Part shown: piece by piece, positions 18,665-27,184 of the stretch | Position numbering within the stretch: the first letter of the stretch is position 1 | Layout: the number at the start of each line of letters is the position of its first letter | Assembly: GCA_020058765.1 (NCBI GenBank) | Contig: JAGVDM010000003.1 | Span: forward strand, 52,019 to 116,018 | DNA length: 64,000 nucleotides | Origin: Candidatus Peribacterales bacterium | GTDB lineage: Bacteria > Patescibacteriota > Gracilibacteria > Peribacterales > Peribacteraceae | Reading direction: 5' to 3' | Notes under the pieces: model-generated | Databases searched by the model: none | Seen by the model: the letters and a program-made list of their open reading frames with translations, nothing else | Told to the model about the DNA's origin: nothing | Program-made: the position numbers and the translations under genes

Positions 18665-19222
18665 TTACGCCGGTTCCTGCGTGACCGGCCCAATCTCTGG
18701 AATACTCGGCAGGATCTCTACAGGAAGAGTTGGTGCTTCTTCTACAGGAACTGGCACAGGCGGATCACGCACGATGATCGCCTTGGGTGTAATTTCCACC
18801 ACGTCAGAGAGTGCAATGGGCACACCCCATCGCCACCATCGGCGAGGAAAGAGCCATTCGCTGCGCATGGAATCGGTATTGAACTGCACGTCTCTACATA
18901 CGCCCAGTATGCGGCCACTCTCCGTACGTATGGTCTGCCCCAGCACCGTGCGCGGATCATCCAGGAATGCGGCAAGACGGATGCGCTCTTCGAGTGGGTA
19001 CACGGCATCCGGGTCACGCACGTGCACTTGTGTCCCCCACCGGAGAATATCGTCTGCAGCCAGGAACGGCGTGCCGTCATCTATGGGCGCATTCACAATG
19101 CAGAAGCCCTCAACACGGCCTGTATCCGGGTGGATGAGTATTCGGGCGATCTGCCCAAGGGTTTCATCGACTGCATCGCAGACGACGGGGGTGCCGATAC
19201 AGGTGGAGAAACGGACGCGCAT
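18665..19222 (-). CDS. Tandem PRC-barrel domain protein
   Basis: IGTPV...LGQIARILIHPDTGRV and LGQTIRTESGRILGVCRDVQFN. Confidence 0.8.
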   Translation of the reverse strand: MRVRFSTCIGTPVVCDAVDETLGQIARILIHPDTGRVEGFCIVNAPIDDGTPFLAADDILRWGTQVHVRDPDAVYPLEERIRLAAFLDDPRTVLGQTIRTESGRILGVCRDVQFNTDSMRSEWLFPRRWWRWGVPIALSDVVEITPKAIIVRDPPVPVPVEEAPTLPVEILPSIPEIGPVTQEPA

Positions 19223-19242
19223 TCGGTATACTAGTAGTGTAC

Positions 19243-20169
19243 ATGCAACTCTTCGCAGGATCTTCCCATCCGGCACTGGCGACCGCGCTCGCAGAGGCCT
19301 TGGGCGCTACGCAGGGGAAAATTGAGCTCAAAACCTTCAGCTGCGGCGAGCAGTATGTGAAGTTTGGCGAGTCTGTACGCGGCAAAGACGTCTACATTCT
19401 GCAAACGGCGACCCGCAACCCCGATCAAGATCTGATGCAGCTCTTCTTGATGTGCCAAGCGGCAAAGCTGAGTTTTGCGGAATCGGTACACGTGATTGTG
19501 CCCTACTTCCCGTACGCACGGCAGGATCGTGTAGCCGAGCCGCGCGAACCGATCTCCGCCAAGCTCGCAGCACATTTGCTGGAGCGCTCTGGTGCAGACC
19601 ACGTGATTACGCTCGACCTACACTCCAGCCAGATCCAGGGCTTCTTTTCCATCCCTGTAGATGCACTGGAAGCTCGCACGATTTTCGCGGACTACTTCCG
19701 TAAGAAGAAGCTCAAAAACCCCGTGATCGTTGCCCCGGATGTGGGCGGAGCCAAGCGCACCAAGAAGTTTGCCGATCTGCTAGGTGCCGATCTGGCGATC
19801 TTGCACAAGACCCGCCCAGAACATCAGAAGTCTGAAATTGTAGAAGTGGTAGGAAATATTGAGGGGCGCACCTGCATTTTATTCGATGACATGATCGACA
19901 CCGCAGGCAGCCTGCTCTCTGCCAAACGTGCATTGGAGCAGCGTGGAGCGAGTGGGGAAATTTACGCTGCGGCAACGCACGCGATCCTCTCGGGTAATGC
20001 AGAAAAGAACCTCAAAGAAGCCGGGTTTACAGAGATCGTGGTTACAGACAGCGTCCCCGTGGATCACTCCATTGCCAAGATGACGGTGCTCCCTATTGCA
20101 CCCCTGCTTGCCCGAGTGGTCACGCATATCGAACGTCGCGAGAGCGTGACGGAAATCTACGAGAATTGA
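19243..20169 (+). CDS. prs: Ribose-phosphate pyrophosphokinase
   Basis: PYFPYARQDR, DLHSSQIQGFF, APDVGG, DDMIDTAGS. Confidence 0.97.
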   Translation: MQLFAGSSHPALATALAEALGATQGKIELKTFSCGEQYVKFGESVRGKDVYILQTATRNPDQDLMQLFLMCQAAKLSFAESVHVIVPYFPYARQDRVAEPREPISAKLAAHLLERSGADHVITLDLHSSQIQGFFSIPVDALEARTIFADYFRKKKLKNPVIVAPDVGGAKRTKKFADLLGADLAILHKTRPEHQKSEIVEVVGNIEGRTCILFDDMIDTAGSLLSAKRALEQRGASGEIYAAATHAILSGNAEKNLKEAGFTEIVVTDSVPVDHSIAKMTVLPIAPLLARVVTHIERRESVTEIYEN

Positions 20170-20240
20170 GAGCACTGAAACCTGCAATCTGGTTTACTGA
20201 CGGAAGTTTGCTACACTTTCGCCAATTTCCCCCTTTTTTC

Positions 20241-20813
20241 ATGTTGAAACGTTCCGTACCGGCAATGATTGCCGCCACGTCCCTGCTGCTCACTGCAGCA
20301 CCAGCTGCAATGGCAGCAAGCACATGCGACACGCTCACGGGTCGCGAGCAGATGCGCTGCGAAATCGCACAGACGCGCCTGAATCGTAATCATCTGCGCT
20401 CTACGCAGGCAGAGGAGCGCTCATCCTTCCGCAGCTCCGCAAAGCAGCGCGTGATGGAGTCCACTCCTGGTGAAGCACGCAGCACCACGGTACGCGACCT
20501 CGGCAACGAGCGCCGCGCACTGCAGCGCATGCACCGCAACCAGCGCAAGACGTTCATCAATGAACTGCGCTCTGATCGTCGTGACTTGATGGAGAATGTC
20601 CGCAACACGCGCCGCGCACAGAAAGAGAACTTCCGCCTGCAGGTAAAAGAGCGCAAAGAGCTCATGCGCTCCACGCTCCAGAAGCGTGCTGCCGTACAGG
20701 AACCAGAAGTGGAAGTAGAGACCGAGGTTGAGACAGAAGTGGAAGTAGAGACCGAGGTTGAGACCGAAACGGAGGTCGAAACCGAGACCGAAACGGAGGA
20801 AAGCGCAGAGTAA
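20241..20813 (+). CDS. Secreted Arg-rich coiled-coil protein with acidic (E/V/T) repeat tail
   Basis: Signal peptide MLKRSVPAMIAATSLLLTAAPAAMA, one Cys pair, tail EVEVETEVETEVEVETE. Confidence 0.75.
   Translation: MLKRSVPAMIAATSLLLTAAPAAMAASTCDTLTGREQMRCEIAQTRLNRNHLRSTQAEERSSFRSSAKQRVMESTPGEARSTTVRDLGNERRALQRMHRNQRKTFINELRSDRRDLMENVRNTRRAQKENFRLQVKERKELMRSTLQKRAAVQEPEVEVETEVETEVEVETEVETETEVETETETEESAE
20704..20763 (+). repeat. In-frame 30-bp tandem repeat (2 copies)
   Basis: CAGAAGTGGAAGTAGAGACCGAGGTTGAGA x2. Confidence 0.9.
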
Positions 20814-20828
20814 TCGACTCTGTATTGC

Positions 20829-20859
20829 AAAAAGGCGGGGTCAGAGACCCCGCCTTTTT
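20829..20859 (+). terminator. Intrinsic terminator
   Basis: AAAAAGGCGGGGTC-AGA-GACCCCGCCTTTTT. Confidence 0.85.
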
Positions 20860-20883
20860 TGTACCAGTTCGCGCAGGAGACGA

Positions 20884-20911
20884 TTGACGCAGTGCACCCG
20901 ATTCGTATGAT
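20884..20911 (+). promoter_or_regulatory. Promoter for the tRNA-Ile leader array
   Basis: TTGACG-N16-TATGAT after a terminator and upstream of unit 1. Confidence 0.55.
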
Positions 20912-20960
20912 GGACGCGACGTGCAGGCTCCCGCCTGCGCGTGGTGCTCATTGCATGAAC

Positions 20961-21173
20961 GGGCGATGAGCTCAGCTGGGTCGAGTGCCGCTTGCGGCAC
21001 GAGCCATAAAGAAAAGATGCGACACTGTCGCGCTCACGCTGGGCAATCACACTATCATTCACAACACGGGCGATTAGCTCAGCTGGGCCGAGGATTCTCT
21101 AGAGAATCCGAGCCATAAAAAGAACGCGATCTGTCGCGCTCACGCTGGGCAATCACACTATCATTCACAACAC
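20961..21173 (+). repeat. Two tandem tRNA-leader units (107 and 106 nt) upstream of tRNA-Ile
   Basis: Exact 62-nt direct repeat at 21025-21086 and 21131-21192. Each unit starts with the tRNA-Ile 5' 19 nt and carries a different hairpin. Confidence 0.9.
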
Positions 21174-21250
21174 GGGCGATTAGCTCAGCTGGTTAGAGCG
21201 CGACACTGATAATGTCGAGGTCCGCAGTTCAAGTCTGCGATCGCCCACCA
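21174..21250 (+). tRNA. tRNA-Ile(GAT)
   Basis: Acceptor GGGCGAT/ATCGCCC, anticodon arm CGACA-CTGATAA-TGTCG, T-loop TTCAAGT, CCA. Confidence 0.95.
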
Positions 21251-21307
21251 TTCCATCTCCGGATTGCCCGGTATGTTTTTGACAAATCAATATATACAGT
21301 ATGAAAT

Positions 21308-22036
21308 ATGCTTCAAAATATGGATATCCCCTCCGCATTCTCGGAAGAAGAACAGAAGAAAGCGACTGCTGCCGCGGAATTCCTGCGCATGAATGCCGAG
21401 GATGCGCTGCGCGATTTTGAGGAGAGCAGCGGTGCCACCGATGAAGATCGCACGTTCAAAACATCGTTCATCACACTCATCGATACCTATTGTGCGGATC
21501 CGGAGTTGGCCGAGGGTCAGGTGTCACGATTTCTCTCGATGCTGCCAAAGAGCGGCAACAGGATAGCCAATGCCTTCGTTGCACATGCCATCCTCCTCAC
21601 GACCCGCAATGCGCTACGAGAGAAGGTAGGCATAGAGATCGACATGGTGGAAGAAGCAGAGCGCGGCAAAGAGCAGGGCAGGGATGTGCGCGATGCATCT
21701 ATTCGCGAGAGTGCGGGCTACACCAATGATGGTGACGTTGCAGAGAGTGCACTCACCGATGCAGCGCAGGAGCAGAACATTACCGATAACGACATTGGCG
21801 AAAGCGCTGCAGAAGACGTGTCCTACGTTGATCGGGTGAAATACATCTCCCCTGCCATGACATTCCTACGCCAAACCCGCAGGCTCGCCGAGGGCATCTG
21901 TAATCACTGCGCCGCAGACGCAGCACTCCTGCAGCGGGCAGCACTCACCCCGCAGGAAGAAAACCCATCAATATTGCAGCGACACATTCAACGGCTCATG
22001 GCACAGGTAGAACCTGTGCGCGACGAAGATAAATAG
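21308..22036 (+). CDS. Hypothetical acidic protein
   Basis: 242-aa ORF after an AT-rich promoter-like region containing TTGACA. Confidence 0.65.
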   Translation: MLQNMDIPSAFSEEEQKKATAAAEFLRMNAEDALRDFEESSGATDEDRTFKTSFITLIDTYCADPELAEGQVSRFLSMLPKSGNRIANAFVAHAILLTTRNALREKVGIEIDMVEEAERGKEQGRDVRDASIRESAGYTNDGDVAESALTDAAQEQNITDNDIGESAAEDVSYVDRVKYISPAMTFLRQTRRLAEGICNHCAADAALLQRAALTPQEENPSILQRHIQRLMAQVEPVRDEDK

Positions 22037-22041
22037 CTACC

Positions 22042-23673
22042 TTACGTATCCGAACGAGCCCACGCCATGAACTGCTCCAATGGCAGCTCGTAGAGGTACT
22101 CCGTTCCTGCTTCTACAACAGAACGAACTGTGCGACGCTCAACATCGATCGTGAAAGAGAACGTACGATCACGTGTTGGTGTGCTGATCACGATTTTCCG
22201 TACATCCGCTGTGGTATCCCCGGTAATGCTCACCTCTGTGGTGAGCGTGAACATCGCTCCTGCCTCTGCGAGTAGTGCAAGAACCTTCGCCTCCACCTCT
22301 GCATCGGGCACTGTTCTTTCGGCGAGCTGTTCGGGCGCAGTGGATACCCCCGGCTTGGCAGATTCAGATGGCTCCACAGGTGGCGCGATATCCTGCATCT
22401 GCACCGGCGCAGTGCTGACCGCATCCAATCGCTGCCAACGATCCAGTATGGCAAGCGATGCCGGATCCAGCGCCCGCACATGCGTACTAACCACATCGAT
22501 TGCCCTGGCTGCCAATGCATGTGCGCGCTCTGGGTATTCCATAGCCATGAGCGCTTCTATGTGGCCATCCATTTGGTGCACAAACGGCTCCAGGAGCACA
22601 AGCGGATCAGCAGTATCGAGGAGTGTATCTGCTGCACGCTCGGCCCAGCGTCGCAGCGCCATGTCGCCCAACGGATCGGAGCGAACATCAGCACCAGGGA
22701 GCATGAGCGTATCAATGAGGAGTGCGTCTCCTGTGAGGAGCGGTTCAGCGAACACGCCTGTCACTGCGCTCACCCGTGGGTGGAGCGTGCACAGGAGCCA
22801 GAGATCTGGATTGCGTGCGAGAGCCGCGGCAAGAGGAGCTGCACTATCCGCATGATCAGCGGACTGTAGCAGCAACCCAGCAAGTGCCTGCTGTACATCT
22901 GGCAAATGGAGTGATGCCGCCAAAATCCCCTGCTGCAATTGTTCTGTAACCGTATCGCTGCGCCGTGCGTCTACGGCAGCAGCAAGATTGCGTAAGGCGT
23001 CCTGCCGATGCGCATTGTCTGTACGCTCACGAGCGCCAGGGAGCAGCGGCACCGAGGACGGAAGGAGTAACGAAAGACCGCCGCTCGATTGCACATGCGG
23101 CTCGGCAGCTACCGGGAGCAACGCACTATTGTGTACCTGTTCCTGCAGCGTGGAACGAGGGATCGCGCTCGTTTCTCGTGCACGCAGCCAAATCGGCAGA
23201 CCTGCACCCTCGGATGGAAGAGGAGACCCATCACTCCGCCATTGCCTTCCTGGTGCCACGAGCACGCGCTTCTCGTGTATGGAGACGAGTGCGGGTGTGG
23301 AAATCGCTGCTACCACAATGGCATCGTCGTACCGCGTGAGGTGCACAAGGCCATCGAGCGCCTGCACCGTACGACCATTGCCGAGTGATACATGCAGCAA
23401 CCCATCTGCAGCGAACAAGCCAGAACCGTCGTAGAGCTCGGGGGTGCCTTCGTGCATTTCTACTGTTGCTCCATCGTAGAGGAGCGCACGTTGACCACCC
23501 GGGAGCGGTAGTGCCCAAAGATCTTCGAGGATCTCCACCGACCGTGGAGGCTGTGCATCTGCACCAAGCAATGCCCCGCGCAGGGCACCGTGTGCCGTGG
23601 GGAGCAACACCGCGAGTGCAAACAACGGAATTGCCACGAAGTGCCGGTGTGAACGTGGGCGTTTCTCAGACAT
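22042..23673 (-). CDS. Hypothetical exported/membrane-anchored protein
   Basis: 543-aa ORF with an N-terminal hydrophobic segment. Confidence 0.7.
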   Translation of the reverse strand: MSEKRPRSHRHFVAIPLFALAVLLPTAHGALRGALLGADAQPPRSVEILEDLWALPLPGGQRALLYDGATVEMHEGTPELYDGSGLFAADGLLHVSLGNGRTVQALDGLVHLTRYDDAIVVAAISTPALVSIHEKRVLVAPGRQWRSDGSPLPSEGAGLPIWLRARETSAIPRSTLQEQVHNSALLPVAAEPHVQSSGGLSLLLPSSVPLLPGARERTDNAHRQDALRNLAAAVDARRSDTVTEQLQQGILAASLHLPDVQQALAGLLLQSADHADSAAPLAAALARNPDLWLLCTLHPRVSAVTGVFAEPLLTGDALLIDTLMLPGADVRSDPLGDMALRRWAERAADTLLDTADPLVLLEPFVHQMDGHIEALMAMEYPERAHALAARAIDVVSTHVRALDPASLAILDRWQRLDAVSTAPVQMQDIAPPVEPSESAKPGVSTAPEQLAERTVPDAEVEAKVLALLAEAGAMFTLTTEVSITGDTTADVRKIVISTPTRDRTFSFTIDVERRTVRSVVEAGTEYLYELPLEQFMAWARSDT

Positions 23674-23768
23674 AGAATGTGTGTTTTTCCTCTAATTGTA
23701 GCAAAAAAACGCATTTCCGGCAATTCGCCATACTTGCCGAAATCTTTGAAAAGTTGCACGATGAATGT

Positions 23769-24257
23769 GTGCGAATTCTCGGCATCGACCCCGGCGTAGC
23801 AACTATAGGTATTGGGCTTCTGGATGCCAAAAGTCCGCAGAATTTCGGTACACCGGAATGGCTGACCATTGAGACGAAGCCGGGGGTACCCCTAGGCGAT
23901 CGGCTGGCCGAAATCGCCAAGGACTTCGCCGAACTACTGGACACCTATGCCCCCGAATACGCGGTGATGGAGCGCGTGTACTTCTCGGTGAATGAGAAGT
24001 CTGCCATAGAGGTGGCGCATGCCCGCGGCGTGCTCTTGCAGCAGCTGGCCTCGCGCGGCGTGCCCGTGCTTGAGCCAAACCCCATGCAACTCAAGCATGC
24101 CATTACCGGAGACGGGAATGCGGACAAACGCCAGATACAGGAAATGCTCATGCGCATGTTCACACTCGAAAGCCCGCCGCGACCCGACGATGCGGCAGAC
24201 GCGCTGGCGCTGGCGGTGTATGGCGCACTCCATGCGCCCATGCAGGCGCTGCGCTAA
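23769..24257 (+). CDS. ruvC: Holliday junction resolvase RuvC
   Basis: ILGIDPG, E..YF, ARGV, G.GNADK.QI, DDAADALA. GTG start at 23769. Confidence 0.95.
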   Translation: MRILGIDPGVATIGIGLLDAKSPQNFGTPEWLTIETKPGVPLGDRLAEIAKDFAELLDTYAPEYAVMERVYFSVNEKSAIEVAHARGVLLQQLASRGVPVLEPNPMQLKHAITGDGNADKRQIQEMLMRMFTLESPPRPDDAADALALAVYGALHAPMQALR

Positions 24258-25372
24258 GCCACAGTACTCATGCGCTCCACCATCCCCTCTTGCACCGAGA
24301 GCAGCTGTGCGCCGTGCAATTGATCGGGCACGTGCGTGCTCGTGATGAACACTTGGTGCTCGCTCACGCTCTGCAGCAGTGCCTCTTGATGGGCAGTATC
24401 CAGTTCCGAGAAGACGTCATCGAGCAGCAGAAGCGGCCGTTCACCACGACGCAGTTCCAGGTACGACACCTGCAAGAATACGAGTGCCAGCACTGCGGCA
24501 CGCTGCTGCCCGCGAGAAGCGAAGCTCGGCAACGATCGACCATCGGCAAGTAGCTTCCAGTCATCACGGTGCGGCCCCACCGTTGTTGCCTGCAGTAGCA
24601 CGTCGCGATCACGCTGACGGCGGAGGAGATCGGTAAGTTCTACGGTGAGATCTGCAGGAGTACGTGCCTCGCCTTTGCGTTCGTAGGAAAGGTGCACTTC
24701 CTGCCACGTTTCCCCGAGTGCCGTGAGCTCTTCGGCCAACGTGCATTGCAGCACTTCAATGAGCTCCAGACGCTGCAACGTTACCTCGGCTCCAGCAAGT
24801 GCGAGTTGCCCATCCCACAGATCCAGTACGGCGGGGTCTGCTCTGCGTTGCGCAATCTCTTTGAGGAGGCTGTTTCGCTGCTTGAGCGTACGGGCATACT
24901 GCGAAAGTGCAGTGAGGTACTGCGGTGACACCTGGCACAGCAGCTGATCGAGGAATTGCCGACGTCGCTGCGGCGGGCCAGAGAAGAGGCTTAAATCCTG
25001 CGGAAGGAAGAGCACGGTAGGGAGCAGCCCCACCACATCGCTGATCGGCAGCGCCACATCGTTGCGGAAGCACGCCTTGCGACGGCGTGGAGCTATTTGG
25101 CACGCCACTTCCAAGCGCTGCGCGGCCTGATCTGCCCCCTGCATTTCCCCCGTAATGCGGTAATGCCCGCTCCCCCAACGAATGAGATCTTCGTCGTCGA
25201 TACCATGGCAGGATTTGGTGAGTGCAAGGAGCGAAATCGCCTCGAGGATATTGGTTTTGCCAGCGGCGTTCTCGCCCACCAGCACATGCACGTCACTCCC
25301 CGCCTGCGGGAAGCTGATATCGAGCGCATCGTACGATCGGAACTGCTCGAGAATGAGACGAGTAAGACGCAT
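24254..25372 (-). CDS. recF: DNA replication/repair protein RecF
   Basis: FRSY, GENAAGKTNILEAI, GPHRDD, SRGQQR, LLLDDVFSELD. Confidence 0.97.
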   Translation of the reverse strand: MRLTRLILEQFRSYDALDISFPQAGSDVHVLVGENAAGKTNILEAISLLALTKSCHGIDDEDLIRWGSGHYRITGEMQGADQAAQRLEVACQIAPRRRKACFRNDVALPISDVVGLLPTVLFLPQDLSLFSGPPQRRRQFLDQLLCQVSPQYLTALSQYARTLKQRNSLLKEIAQRRADPAVLDLWDGQLALAGAEVTLQRLELIEVLQCTLAEELTALGETWQEVHLSYERKGEARTPADLTVELTDLLRRQRDRDVLLQATTVGPHRDDWKLLADGRSLPSFASRGQQRAAVLALVFLQVSYLELRRGERPLLLLDDVFSELDTAHQEALLQSVSEHQVFITSTHVPDQLHGAQLLSVQEGMVERMSTVA

Positions 25373-25381
25373 GGCAAAGAA

Positions 25382-25864
25382 TTACGCAGCGAGGTGCGTG
25401 AGGCCGTCTTTCACCACCGCCTGCGCGACTTCCAAGTACGCCTTGCGCCTGAGGAACTGTGGAAGTTGCTCGGGGAGTATCCACTGGAATCCGTCGATCT
25501 CTTTCCCGTCTACCTGCACCTGCTGCTCACCTTGGAGCAACGCCAAAATGAACTCGATGCGCTGCCCGCGAACGTGATCGGGTCGAAAGCGGCGATAGGA
25601 CGACGGGAAATCGTACTGATACACATGCGCGCTCTTGCCGAATACGTCTACCGTGAGGCTCGCTTCTTCCTGCAATTCGCGCACGGCAGCCTGCGTAATG
25701 TCTTCCCCTTGCTCGCAACCACCCTGCGGCAGCTGCCAGGAATCGTTCTTACGAGGCTTATGGAGAAGCAGAATTTCATACACCTGCCCACAGCCGTCTG
25801 GGCTACAAACATTCGTGGGCCGGAACACGGCGATGGAGGCGCAACTGCGATAGACGTCAGGCAT
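25382..25864 (-). CDS. NUDIX hydrolase (RppH-like)
   Basis: WQLPQGGCEQGE...AAVRELQEE Nudix box. Confidence 0.85.
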   Translation of the reverse strand: MPDVYRSCASIAVFRPTNVCSPDGCGQVYEILLLHKPRKNDSWQLPQGGCEQGEDITQAAVRELQEEASLTVDVFGKSAHVYQYDFPSSYRRFRPDHVRGQRIEFILALLQGEQQVQVDGKEIDGFQWILPEQLPQFLRRKAYLEVAQAVVKDGLTHLAA

Positions 25865-25904
25865 GACAAAACGATAGTACCCGCAGTTCGTCTGCAGCGC
25901 GACC

Positions 25905-26099
25905 TTACGAAGAATGACGCTCCTCCTTGAGCTTTACATCCACGCGCTTGCGCAGGCGTGGTGAGTACTTCATGAGCTTTGCTGCATGCTCCTTCCAGGC
26001 TTTACCCATTTTGTCCTGCTTGTGGAAACGCACAGACCCCAGACGGTCGCCCGTTTCGCTACAGTACACGCCGAACACTGTTCGCTTGCCTCTTGGCAT
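25905..26099 (-). CDS. rpmG: 50S ribosomal protein L33 (divergent)
   Basis: MPRGKR...CSETGDR...LMKYSPRLRKR; both ends match the L33 pattern. Confidence 0.75.
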   Translation of the reverse strand: MPRGKRTVFGVYCSETGDRLGSVRFHKQDKMGKAWKEHAAKLMKYSPRLRKRVDVKLKEERHSS

Positions 26100-26161
26100 A
26101 TCGGGCAAAGGATACGGAGGAATTGGACGGTTGCAAGTGAAAACCCGAAAATCGGGCGCAC

Positions 26162-27109
26162 TTAGGCCATGTGCCCACCCTCGTGCTTGCCGCCAGACTG
26201 CAGGTAATTGAACACGCTATTGGCCGCTACGGCGCCCTCACCCGCAGCAGTAGCAAACTGTGCGAAGTGATTGCTGCCGCTCGTGACATCCCCTGCTCCA
26301 AATACGCCGGGCACCGTGGTCGCCATGGCTCCATCTACCTGCAGGAACCCCTTGGAATCCAATGCGCACCCGAGTGATTTGCCAAGCTCCGTAGAGGGCA
26401 ACGATCCGATCTCGATGAATACGCCATCCACCGCGAGGGTTTCCTGCCCCTCAAACGGCTTGTCGAGCTTCACTCCTGTCACGCGTTCGTTGCCCACGAT
26501 CTCCGCAACATTGCGCTCCAACACGAACGTGACGTTGTCGCGTGATTGTACGCGATCCACCCAGTAGGGCTCCGCTCGGAAATCGCTGCGCCGATGGATG
26601 AGGTACACCTGCTTGGCCACCTGCGCGACGATCGCAGCACCTTCCACTGCACTATCGCCACCACCGATCACCGCAACCGTTTTGTTGCGGTAGAAGAACG
26701 CATCGCACGTGGCACAGTACGTCACTCCTTTGCCAGAGAATTCCTCTTCGCCGGGTGCACCCAAATGGCGCTTACTAGAGCCCATGGCGAAGATGATTGT
26801 TTTGCCGTCGACAGTGTCTCCGCTCTCCAAATGGAGGCGGAATCCTCCATCGATCTTTTCGATGGATTTCACCCACGCGATCTTGTGAGTGACTAAGTCC
26901 CCAAAACTGAGGGCGTGATTCTTGAATCGTTCCATAAGATCGGGGCCGCGCACATCGATGTCGCCAGGCCAGTTGCCCACTTCGGCAGCCGTCATGCCCA
27001 TGCCACCTTCTTCGGCACCCACAATGAACGTGGAAAGCTTGTAGCGGGCGCTATACACCGCAGCGGTATAACCGGCGGCCCCTAGGCCAATGATCAGAAC
27101 GTCGTACAT
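26162..27109 (-). CDS. trxB: Thioredoxin reductase
   Basis: IIGLGAAG, GVTYCATCD, GGGDSA, GVFGAGDV. Confidence 0.93.
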   Translation of the reverse strand: MYDVLIIGLGAAGYTAAVYSARYKLSTFIVGAEEGGMGMTAAEVGNWPGDIDVRGPDLMERFKNHALSFGDLVTHKIAWVKSIEKIDGGFRLHLESGDTVDGKTIIFAMGSSKRHLGAPGEEEFSGKGVTYCATCDAFFYRNKTVAVIGGGDSAVEGAAIVAQVAKQVYLIHRRSDFRAEPYWVDRVQSRDNVTFVLERNVAEIVGNERVTGVKLDKPFEGQETLAVDGVFIEIGSLPSTELGKSLGCALDSKGFLQVDGAMATTVPGVFGAGDVTSGSNHFAQFATAAGEGAVAANSVFNYLQSGGKHEGGHMA

Positions 27110-27184
27110 TGAGCGAAGAAAAAAGAGACACCACTAGAGTATCGGAGAATCCGATTCTCGGAAAATCTGATTGTGACAAAACCG

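Noticed and set aside
20961..21192. CRISPR array
   Set aside because: Only two full repeats of 62 nt, partly tRNA sequence. The spacers are related hairpins and there are no cas genes in the window.
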